A DNA stretch of 64,000 nt from Spirochaetia bacterium. GTDB lineage: Bacteria > Spirochaetota > Spirochaetia > SZUA-6 > Bin103. The notes beneath the pieces were generated by a model that worked only from the letters and a program-made list of their open reading frames with translations, did not search any database and was not told the origin of the DNA. Shown one piece after another: positions 45,283 through 53,015 of this stretch. The position numbers and the translations under genes were made by a program. Location of the stretch: contig OZ241863.1 in assembly GCA_965203055.1 (NCBI GenBank), positions 2,185,313 through 2,249,312 of the forward strand. Direction: 5' to 3'. The stretch's first letter is position 1. Every line of letters starts with the position of its first letter.

Positions 45283-47988
45283 ATGACCAACCACCCTCTG
45301 AGCGACGCCACCCGCAGCCACTTCACCTACCGCGGCGCTCGGCTCAATGAGATCTCGTTTCCCCTGGGCGGGATCGGCTCCGGCGCGATCGGCCTGGCCG
45401 GCAACGGCCGGCTGATCGACTGGGAGATCTTCAACCGTCCCAACAAAGGCAGCGTGAACGGCTTCAGCCACTTCGCCGTCAAGGCCGAGCGGGACGGCGA
45501 AGTGGTTGACGCGCGGGTACTGCACGGCGACCTCGCCGGCCCTCTCTCCGGCAGCCTGCGCTCCACGTGGCTGGACAGCTTCGGCTTCGGGCCGACCCGC
45601 GCCTCGCTGGCCGGCCTGCCCCACTTCGCGGAGGCGGTGTTCGAGGGCACCTTCCCGGTGGCCACCCTCTCCTTCGCCGACGAGCAGTTCCCCGGCCGCA
45701 TCACCCTGAGCGCCTTCAATCCCTTCATCCCCGGCAATTCCGACGACTCCAGCATTCCTGCCGCCTGCTTCGAGGTGCAGGTGACCAATCCGGGCGGGGC
45801 CGACCTCGACTACACCGCGGCGCTGGCGGTCACCAACCCGGCCGGTCCGGGCAAGTCGGTCAACCGCGCCCGGCGCGCCGGCCCGGCGCAGTTGCTCACC
45901 CTGGGGAGCACCGGCATCGCCGCCGACCACCCGCGCTACGGCGACCTCACCATCGCCACCGACCTCGGCGCCGACGCCGAGGTCAGCTTCCAGGAATACT
46001 GGTTCCGCGGCATGTGGTTCGACGACCTCACCATCTACTGGCGCGACTTCACGGCGCCGGGCGGCTTCGCCAACCGCAGCTACCCGGAGCCGCGCGCCAG
46101 CGCGGGCGGCGGCTTCGACCGCCACGACACCGGGGTGCTGGCGGCGCGGATCAGCGTTCCCGCGGGGGCAACGCGCAGCGCGCGCTTCGTGCTGACCTGG
46201 AGCTACCCCAACTGCGTCAACTACTGGCATCCAGTCGGGGTCGAGCATGAGCAGCGCGACGCGCCGCCGCCGGCGCTCGACACCGCGGAATGGCGCAACT
46301 ACTACGCTACCCGCTTCCCCGATTCCGCAGCCAGCGCCGGCTACTGCCTGCGGGAATGGGAGCGGCTGCAGCGCGATACCCTGGCGTTCCGCGACGCGCT
46401 GTACGCCAGCAGCGTCCCTCCCGCCATATTGGACGCCGCGGCCTCCACCCTGTCGGTGCTCAAGAGCCCCACCGTGCTGCGGCTGGAAGACGGCACCTTC
46501 TACGGCTTCGAAGGGGTGCGCGTCGACCAGGGCTGCTGCGAGGGAAGCTGCACCCACGTGTGGAACTACGCCTACGCGCTGCCGTTTCTGTTCCCCGACC
46601 TGGAGCGCTCGATGCGCGACGCCGACTTCCGCTACAACGCCGGCCCGGACGGCGGCATGACCTTCCGCCTGCAGTTGCCGCTGGGGCGGGAGCGGCTCGG
46701 CTTCCGGCCGTGCGCGGACGGCCAGTTCGGCGGCGTGATCAAGGCGTACCGGGAATGGAAGATCAGCGGCGATTCCGAGTGGCTGCGCGGCCACTGGGAG
46801 ACGATCAAGAAGAACATTTCCTTCGCCTGGGCCGAGAGCAACCCCGACCGCTGGGACGCCGACCGCGACGGCGTGCTGGAGGGGCGCCAGCACCACACCC
46901 TGGACATGGAGCTGTTCGGGCCCAATTCGTGGCTCAGCGGCTTCTACCTGGCGGCGCTGGCGGCCGGCGCCGAGATGGCCGAGCACTTCGGCGAGGCCGC
47001 CACCGCGGCGGAGTACCGAGCCCTGTGCGCGCGCGGGCGGCAGTGGGTGGACCGCAACCTGTTCAACGGCGAGTACTACCAGCAGCGGATCGACCTCACC
47101 GACCGCGCCATCCTCGCAGCATACGCCGCCGGCGGCGCCGAGGAGCGTTACCGCGGCGGGCGCAGCCAAGTGTGGAACTACTGGGACGGCGAGCACGGCG
47201 AGATCAAGTATCAGGTCGCCGAGGGGTGCGGGATCGATCAGGTGGTGGCCCAGTGGCACGCCAACATCTGCGGTCTCGGCGCGGTGTTCGACGGCGCGCA
47301 GACGCGCTCCGCCCTGGCGTCGATCTACCGCTACAACTTCAAGCGTTCGTTCCGGCAGCACTTCAACCCGGCGCGGCTGTACGCGGTGGATGACGAGGCC
47401 GGCACCATCATCTGCTCCTACCCGCGCGCCCTGCCGGTGGTGCCGCTGACCTACGCCCAGGAGAGCATGCACGGCTTCGAGTACCAGGCCGCCGGACACA
47501 TGATTCAGGAGGGGATGCTGGCCGAGGGCCTGGAGCTGGTGCGGGCGGTGCGCGACCGCTACGACGGCAGCCGGCGCAATCCCTGGAACGAGATCGAGTG
47601 CGGCAGCAACTACGCGCGCTCGATGGCCGCGTTCGCGCTGCTGCCGGCGTACGCCGGGTTCGAGTTCGACGCGGTGCGCGGCCACCTCGGGTTCAGCCCC
47701 AAGGTGCCGGATACGCCGTTCACCGCCTTCTGGAGCCTCGGCTCCGGCTGGGGCACCTGCACGCTGGACCTGGGGGAGATCCGGCTGCAGGTGGAACGCG
47801 GCGAGCTGCGGCTGTCCAGCTTCGCCAGCGACCGGCTGGCGGGCGCCGCCGGCGGCGCGGTGACCGGCGTCCGGCTCGGCGCCGCCGAGACCGCGTTCCA
47901 CCAGGAGGGGACCATCCTCACCTTCCCCGACCCGCTGCGGGTCACCGCCGGCGCGCCGCTCGGCATCGCCCTCGCCGCCCACGTCTGA
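45283..47988 (+). CDS. GH116-family glycoside hydrolase (GBA2-like beta-glucosidase)
   Basis: 901 aa. ...EISFPLGGIGSGAIGLAGNGRLIDWEIFNRPNKG... N-terminal beta-sandwich signature, and a catalytic region with ...CCEGSCTHVWNYAYALPFLFPDLERSMRDADF... typical of GH116. The 1084-aa antisense ORF 44824..48078 is a GC artefact. Confidence 0.8.
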   Translation: MTNHPLSDATRSHFTYRGARLNEISFPLGGIGSGAIGLAGNGRLIDWEIFNRPNKGSVNGFSHFAVKAERDGEVVDARVLHGDLAGPLSGSLRSTWLDSFGFGPTRASLAGLPHFAEAVFEGTFPVATLSFADEQFPGRITLSAFNPFIPGNSDDSSIPAACFEVQVTNPGGADLDYTAALAVTNPAGPGKSVNRARRAGPAQLLTLGSTGIAADHPRYGDLTIATDLGADAEVSFQEYWFRGMWFDDLTIYWRDFTAPGGFANRSYPEPRASAGGGFDRHDTGVLAARISVPAGATRSARFVLTWSYPNCVNYWHPVGVEHEQRDAPPPALDTAEWRNYYATRFPDSAASAGYCLREWERLQRDTLAFRDALYASSVPPAILDAAASTLSVLKSPTVLRLEDGTFYGFEGVRVDQGCCEGSCTHVWNYAYALPFLFPDLERSMRDADFRYNAGPDGGMTFRLQLPLGRERLGFRPCADGQFGGVIKAYREWKISGDSEWLRGHWETIKKNISFAWAESNPDRWDADRDGVLEGRQHHTLDMELFGPNSWLSGFYLAALAAGAEMAEHFGEAATAAEYRALCARGRQWVDRNLFNGEYYQQRIDLTDRAILAAYAAGGAEERYRGGRSQVWNYWDGEHGEIKYQVAEGCGIDQVVAQWHANICGLGAVFDGAQTRSALASIYRYNFKRSFRQHFNPARLYAVDDEAGTIICSYPRALPVVPLTYAQESMHGFEYQAAGHMIQEGMLAEGLELVRAVRDRYDGSRRNPWNEIECGSNYARSMAAFALLPAYAGFEFDAVRGHLGFSPKVPDTPFTAFWSLGSGWGTCTLDLGEIRLQVERGELRLSSFASDRLAGAAGGAVTGVRLGAAETAFHQEGTILTFPDPLRVTAGAPLGIALAAHV

Positions 47989-48046
47989 CCGCTTCCCGCC
48001 GGCGCCGCCGCCGGCCGCCGCCGGCCCTGAGTCAAGCGGGCATGGT

Positions 48047-49186
48047 ATGGTGACCGCAACGGCGATGTATCCGTCCAACCTGTTCCGGCCCGGTGACGGC
48101 GACCGGCCCCCCTACCTGGCGGGCCGGCGCCGGGAGCTGGACGCCGCGGCGCCGCCGGCGGCCGACCTGCAGGCGCGGCGGGCGCCGAGCGCCAACGTCA
48201 TCCTGTACGGCCCGCGCGGCAACGGCAAGACCGTGCTGCTGAACGTCATTGGCGACCGCTTGCAGCGGGCCGGCGCGGCGGTGGTGCAGGCGACCGCCAA
48301 GGGCGCGGCGGCGTCCCGGGAGGCGCTGGCGAAGGCGCTGGCCCCGACCGGCGGCTGGCGCGGCGCCCTGCGCCGCCTGGCGGAGCAGACCGGCGCCGCG
48401 CCCAGCCGCCTGTCCCTGTTCGGCGTCCGGCTGGAGCTGGATCGGTCGGCAGGTCCGTCGGTGGAGCAGATGTTGGCAGCCCGCTGCGCCGCCGGAGCGC
48501 TGGCGCTGCTGGTGGACGAGGCGCACGTGCTGGACGCGGAGGTGGGCGGCGCACTGCTGGACGCTTCCCAAAGCATTCGCCGGCAGGGGGCTCCCTTCCT
48601 GCTGGTACTGGCCGGGACCCCGGGACTCCAACATACCTTGCAGGAGATGAAGGCCAGTCACTGGGAGCGATCCCGGCGCGTCCCGGTCGGGCGCCTCGAG
48701 CCGGGTGAGGACCGGGAGGCGCTGCTGCGGCCGCTGGCGGAGTTTGGCGGCGCGGCTGACGAAAGCGCGCTGGCGCGGCTGCTGCAGGCGGCGAACCGCT
48801 ACCCCTACTTCCTCCAGGAAGTGGGCCACGCCGCGGTGGCCGCGCTGAACCGGAGCGGCGCGCGGCGCGTGGACGCCGCCATTGCGGATCAGGCCCTGGC
48901 GGCGTTCGGGCCGCTCAAGAACGCGTTCTACGACAGCCGCGTCGACGAACTGGAAGACGCCGGACTGCTGGCGCCCGCGGCGGCTGCCGCGCGGGCGTTC
49001 GGCGACGCCGAGTGGCTGCCCCGCGCCCGGTTGGCGGCGGCGTTGGCCGGGCCGGACGCCGGGCGCGCGCGCCGCGGGCTGGTGGCGCGCGGCGTGGTGT
49101 GGCCGAAGGACGGCGGCTACGAGCCCGGCATCCCCTCCCTGCTGGCCATGCTCGCAGCCCCCGGCGGCGCCGCCCCGCCGCCATGA
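48047..49186 (+). CDS. AAA-domain ATP-binding protein (ORC/Cdc6-like AAA_16-type)
   Basis: ...VILYGPRGNGKTVLLNVIGD (Walker A) ...LALLVDEAHVLD (Walker B) ...; 379 aa. Confidence 0.6.
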   Translation: MVTATAMYPSNLFRPGDGDRPPYLAGRRRELDAAAPPAADLQARRAPSANVILYGPRGNGKTVLLNVIGDRLQRAGAAVVQATAKGAAASREALAKALAPTGGWRGALRRLAEQTGAAPSRLSLFGVRLELDRSAGPSVEQMLAARCAAGALALLVDEAHVLDAEVGGALLDASQSIRRQGAPFLLVLAGTPGLQHTLQEMKASHWERSRRVPVGRLEPGEDREALLRPLAEFGGAADESALARLLQAANRYPYFLQEVGHAAVAALNRSGARRVDAAIADQALAAFGPLKNAFYDSRVDELEDAGLLAPAAAAARAFGDAEWLPRARLAAALAGPDAGRARRGLVARGVVWPKDGGYEPGIPSLLAMLAAPGGAAPPP

Positions 49187-49207
49187 CGCACGACCCGCGC
49201 GTCCGAG

Positions 49208-49780
49208 TTACCGGTCGAACCCACGCCGGGCGGCGGCCAGGGAGAAGTCATCAGGCTTCCAGCTCCCTCTCCACGTTGCCAACTCGTCGTCGCCGTTCCC
49301 CGTCTCCAGGGACTCGACAAGCTGATAGTACCCACTGACCCCGCCGCAATCTTCAAGCGGGGCCCTGCGGCGGCCGGCCAACAGGCGCCGTTTGAAGCGA
49401 TCGCCGGACGACACCCGTTCGCGCAGCTCTACGGTATGCTGCCAGTCATCACCGAAGTCGTACCAATACACGCACTTCGTCCTCGCGTTGCGGAAGTACC
49501 GCGTAAGCCTGACCAAGCGGGCGGCGGGAGCATCATCTTCATCCCCCCACGTCCTTTCCTCCGGAGGTATCCCGGCAATGACCTCTCGATCTCGTCCGGG
49601 GGTATGAAACTCCCACAGGTGACAGCGCCCCCAGCGGAAGCTGTCCTGAATCGCGTCATGCAGATCGAAGAACGACGCGTTGGCGGTAATCTGAAAGCGG
49701 CGCCAGATGCGCGGCTTGATCAAACGTAGTGAAACCTCGAACTCCAGGTACGAGTACATCGCGCCCGCAGGATAGACCAC
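49208..49780 (-). CDS. Plasmid pRiA4b ORF-3-like family protein (IS-associated passenger family)
   Basis: ...YLEFEVSLRLIKPRIWRRFQITANASFFDLHDAIQDSFRWGRCHLWEFH... matches the pfam PRiA4_ORF3 signature (Y-x-L-K-V-x-L...P-x-I-W-R-R...LH-x-x-IQ...W...HL-x-EF). Confidence 0.7.
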   Translation of the reverse strand: MVYPAGAMYSYLEFEVSLRLIKPRIWRRFQITANASFFDLHDAIQDSFRWGRCHLWEFHTPGRDREVIAGIPPEERTWGDEDDAPAARLVRLTRYFRNARTKCVYWYDFGDDWQHTVELRERVSSGDRFKRRLLAGRRRAPLEDCGGVSGYYQLVESLETGNGDDELATWRGSWKPDDFSLAAARRGFDR

Positions 49781-49971
49781 CGGCGGCAGTTCCGCTACCG
49801 GCGCGCCGCTGGACCGGGCGGCTGCCCGACGTAACTTGTGAGCCGGAGGGCGTAAGAAATGTTGACGGCGGCGGGATACGGCGAGTTGCTGGAGGTAACC
49901 CGAGGAGCCTCCCTCGCGCCGCAGGCGTTCCCGGACGCGGCGGTGGGCGTCGACGATCTGCTGGGGCCGCG

Positions 49972-50769
49972 CTAAATCGGTCGCGGCTCGACTGCGCCGC
50001 CGGCGGGCCCGGCGGCGGCGCGGAAGCGCGGCGCGTAGTGGCGCTCACTGGCGGCCAGCGCGCGGTAGTATTCGTCGCGCAACGAGACCGGCTTGGCGAG
50101 CAGCTCGATCAGCGCCACCGCCAGCCAACTGCGCCGGCCCTGGCGCGGATGGTAGCGGTTGAGCTGCGCGCCGGTCACCGGCGCCGCGCCGTGGAACGAC
50201 GCCACGTAGCGCAGCGCTGGCGAGTGCGCCAGATCCGCCGGCGCCTGCAGCGACTGCGGGCGCTCCGGCACCAGGATCATTCCCGCCTGGCGGTAGGCCC
50301 AGGCGACGTGTTCGGAGCAGATGTAGCCGCGGTTGGCGGCGCGGCGCAGCACGGCGCGGCGCGCCAGGTAGGGGAATCCGAACAGCAGCGTGAACTCGTA
50401 GCGGCGCGCCAGCGTGGCGCGCGCCGCGGCCAGCAGCCGGCGTGTTTGCGCGGCGCTCAGACCGGGGTGGCGGCACACGTCCACGAACGCCCGCCCGCCG
50501 CGGTCAGTGGCGGCGAAGGCGATGCCGTGGGCTTCCGCCGACAGCGACCAGCCGCCGCCGTAGTACAGCTCGGCGTGCGAATAGGGCGACGCCGTGAAGT
50601 GTCCGATGAGGCCGCCGAGCAGATCGCCCTGGTCGCGGTGCAGCACCACGTCGCCGGGCCGCAGCGCCGCGCTCAGCGCGGAAGCCCGCGGCGGTCCCGG
50701 CCGCGCGCCGCGGCCGGGGAACAGAATTCGCCGCAGCGCGCCGCTCAGGCTCAAACGATCACCCCTCAT
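49972..50769 (-). CDS. YiiX-like permuted papain-fold (NlpC/P60-superfamily) protein
   Basis: ...PGDVVLHRDQGDLLGGLIGHFTASPYSHAELYYG... and ...GYICSEHVAWAY... (His and Cys motifs in permuted order). The start was placed at the ATG at 50769 to avoid the divergent membrane-protein gene. Confidence 0.55.
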   Translation of the reverse strand: MRGDRLSLSGALRRILFPGRGARPGPPRASALSAALRPGDVVLHRDQGDLLGGLIGHFTASPYSHAELYYGGGWSLSAEAHGIAFAATDRGGRAFVDVCRHPGLSAAQTRRLLAAARATLARRYEFTLLFGFPYLARRAVLRRAANRGYICSEHVAWAYRQAGMILVPERPQSLQAPADLAHSPALRYVASFHGAAPVTGAQLNRYHPRQGRRSWLAVALIELLAKPVSLRDEYYRALAASERHYAPRFRAAAGPAGGAVEPRPI

Positions 50770-50827
50770 CCGCCCCGATCCGCCGGGGTTGTACTCCGCG
50801 CCGCAGTTCTTCATCAATGGAGGGGGT

Positions 50828-51280
50828 ATGCTCCGGGTATTGTCATACGTGTTCACCCTGCTCAACTTCGCCCTGTTTCTGCTGGCGTTCGTCGTCACCC
50901 GCGATCTGTACCAGACGCTGTTTGCATTCTTCTACCGCTTGGCCACGGCCGGGGAGATGAGCGCCTTTCGCGTATCGGCGCTGCTGCGCACCTTCGACAT
51001 GGTGAGCCTGTTCGTCCTGGGGCTGGCGATGATCGTGCTGACCATCGTGATCCAGGCGGCCTACGAGCGGGCGCGCGGCGGCACCCGGCTCGGCGCCCGG
51101 TTCGCCCTGGTGACCGGGCTGCAGTTGACATGGATCGGCGCCACCCGCGTGCTGGTCTGGCTGATCCCCGCGAACGAGCGCAACCTGATCCTGGACGGCT
51201 ACGCCCTGCTGCCGCTGGCCGCTGGCGGAGCGGCGGTCGTTGCCGGTATCATGCTGCGCCGGCGCCCGTCGGCGTCATGA
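50828..51280 (+). CDS. Small integral membrane protein (about 4 TM helices)
   Basis: GGAGGGGGT-ATG RBS. MLRVLSYVFTLLNFALFLLAFVV... plus three further hydrophobic segments. The stop overlaps the ABC ATPase start (ATGA). Confidence 0.6.
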   Translation: MLRVLSYVFTLLNFALFLLAFVVTRDLYQTLFAFFYRLATAGEMSAFRVSALLRTFDMVSLFVLGLAMIVLTIVIQAAYERARGGTRLGARFALVTGLQLTWIGATRVLVWLIPANERNLILDGYALLPLAAGGAAVVAGIMLRRRPSAS

Positions 51281-51987
51281 CTCGATACCGCACCAGCATG
51301 CCACCGCTCATTCGCGCCTCCAGTGTCTCCCGTGAGTTCGTGCTCGGCCAGGAACGGGTACAGGCGGTCCGGTCCGTCTCCATGGAGTTGACCCGGGGCC
51401 GCTTCGTCCTGATCCGCGGCAAGTCGGGGTCGGGCAAGACCACCCTGCTCAATCTGCTCGGCGGGCTGGACCGGCCCACCTCGGGAGCGGTGTACTATCA
51501 CGAACGCGATCTGCACCATTTCTCGGAGCGGGAGATGACCCGCTGGCGCCGCACCAAGGCGGCCTTCATCTTTCAGGCGTTCGCGTTGATCCCGGGCCTC
51601 ACCGCGGCGGAGAACGTGGACCTGCCGTTGCGCATCGCCGGCGCCGGCCCGCGCGCCGCCGGCCAGCGCGCGCTGCACTATCTTGACCTGGTGGGACTCG
51701 CGCCGCGCGCTCATCACCGCATCTACGAGCTCAGCGGCGGCGAACAGCAACGCGTCGCCATCGCCCGCGCCCTGGTCAAGGAGCCGGAGCTGCTGTTGGC
51801 GGACGAGCCCACCGGCGAGCTCGATCAGACCACCGGCCATGGCGTACTGGCGCTGCTGCGCGGCATGGCGCGGGAACGCAACATCGCGGCGTGCGTCACC
51901 AGCCACGATCCGACCGCCGCCGACTTTGCCGACGAGGTGTACGGAATGCGAGACGGAATCCTCAGCGCCGAACGGAGGGCCGCGTGA
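51277..51987 (+). CDS. ABC transporter ATP-binding protein (MacB/LolD/FtsE-like)
   Basis: Walker [18 protein letters not shown]-loop, signature [15 protein letters not shown], Walker [14 protein letters not shown]-loop TSHD. Confidence 0.85.
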   Translation: MTRYRTSMPPLIRASSVSREFVLGQERVQAVRSVSMELTRGRFVLIRGKSGSGKTTLLNLLGGLDRPTSGAVYYHERDLHHFSEREMTRWRRTKAAFIFQAFALIPGLTAAENVDLPLRIAGAGPRAAGQRALHYLDLVGLAPRAHHRIYELSGGEQQRVAIARALVKEPELLLADEPTGELDQTTGHGVLALLRGMARERNIAACVTSHDPTAADFADEVYGMRDGILSAERRAA

Positions 51988-53015
51988 CCCCGCCGCGGCA
52001 CCGGGGCCGCGTTGCGCGCGCCGGGATGGGCGCCGCGGCGCTGGCGCTGGCCGCGCTGCTGACCGCCTGCAGCGCGCTGCCCGAGGACGCCGAGGAGGGC
52101 CTGCGCGAGCTGCCGCCGATCCCGCTGCGGTCGCGCGCCGTCACCTACGAGGTGGAGCGCGTCGATCTGGCGGTGGAGGTGCGCGGCACCGCGGTGGTGA
52201 CCCCGACCCGCGAGGTGGAGCTCTACTTCCGGGAGCCGGGCCGCCTCACCGTGCTCAACGTGGGAGTGCGCGACGAAGTGCGGGCCGGTCAGGTGCTGGC
52301 GCGGCTGGAGAGCGCCGACCTGGAGCAGGAGCTGCGGCTGGCCGAGTTCGACCTGGAGATCGCCCGCCTCAGCCACCAGGCGTTGAGCGCCGGCAACGTG
52401 ACCCGCACCGCTCTCGCCATCAACCAACTGGAGGTCTCCAAGCAGGAAGCCCGCACTGCCTACCTGCGCGACCGCGTCGCGGCGTACGTGATCAGCTCGC
52501 CCTACGACGGCTACGTGAAGACCGTGCGCGGCAAGGTGGGGGAACTGACCCAGGAATACAAGACCATCATCGAGGTATCCGACCCCACCGAGCTGGAGTT
52601 GCAGATGCGGGTCAACGTGGACGAGTTCGAGCGCGTGGTGACCGGCCAGCCGGCGCTGGTGGAGGTGACCCGCGGCGCGTGGCAGCCGGGTACGGTGACC
52701 GCGGTCACCAGCCGCAACCAGGCCACCGATCCGACCCTGCGCCGCGACGAGTACATCGCCCATCTCGCCCTGGAGGACACCGCCATCGAGCTGCGCGCGC
52801 AGGCCCGCCTGACCGCCCGCGTGGTGGTCGAGAGCCGCCCGCAGACGCTGGTGATCCCCGCGGCCGGGCTGCGCGAATTCCGCGAGCGCACCTACGTGCG
52901 CGTGCTCGACGGCGAGCAGCGGCGCGAGGTGGACGTGCGGGTGGGGGTTCGTACCGACACCCAGGTGGAGATTCTGAGTGGCCTGGAGGCCGGCGAACTG
53001 GTGATCGGCAAGTGA
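51984..53015 (+). CDS. HlyD/MacA-family periplasmic adaptor (membrane fusion) protein, probable lipoprotein
   Basis: Signal with lipobox ...AALLTACSA; coiled-coil region ...LEQELRLAEFDLEIARL...; C-terminal beta-barrel ...VDVRVGVRTDTQVEILSGLEAGELVIG. GTGA overlap with the upstream gene. Confidence 0.75.
   Translation: MTPPRHRGRVARAGMGAAALALAALLTACSALPEDAEEGLRELPPIPLRSRAVTYEVERVDLAVEVRGTAVVTPTREVELYFREPGRLTVLNVGVRDEVRAGQVLARLESADLEQELRLAEFDLEIARLSHQALSAGNVTRTALAINQLEVSKQEARTAYLRDRVAAYVISSPYDGYVKTVRGKVGELTQEYKTIIEVSDPTELELQMRVNVDEFERVVTGQPALVEVTRGAWQPGTVTAVTSRNQATDPTLRRDEYIAHLALEDTAIELRAQARLTARVVVESRPQTLVIPAAGLREFRERTYVRVLDGEQRREVDVRVGVRTDTQVEILSGLEAGELVIGK

Noticed and set aside
44824-48078. 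1084-aa - ORF antisense to GH116, and ORFs 45567..46250, 46247..46660 and 46290..47393
   Set aside because: GH116 on + aligns in pattern end-to-end with the family; the alternatives are RG/PA-rich artefacts.
49729-51987. 752-aa + ORF spanning the pRiA4b/YiiX antisense region into ABC ATPase 1
   Set aside because: Only the last 236 codons (from the ATG at 51277) are the ABC ATPase. The upstream part is antisense to two minus-strand genes and interrupted in sense by the real membrane-protein gene.
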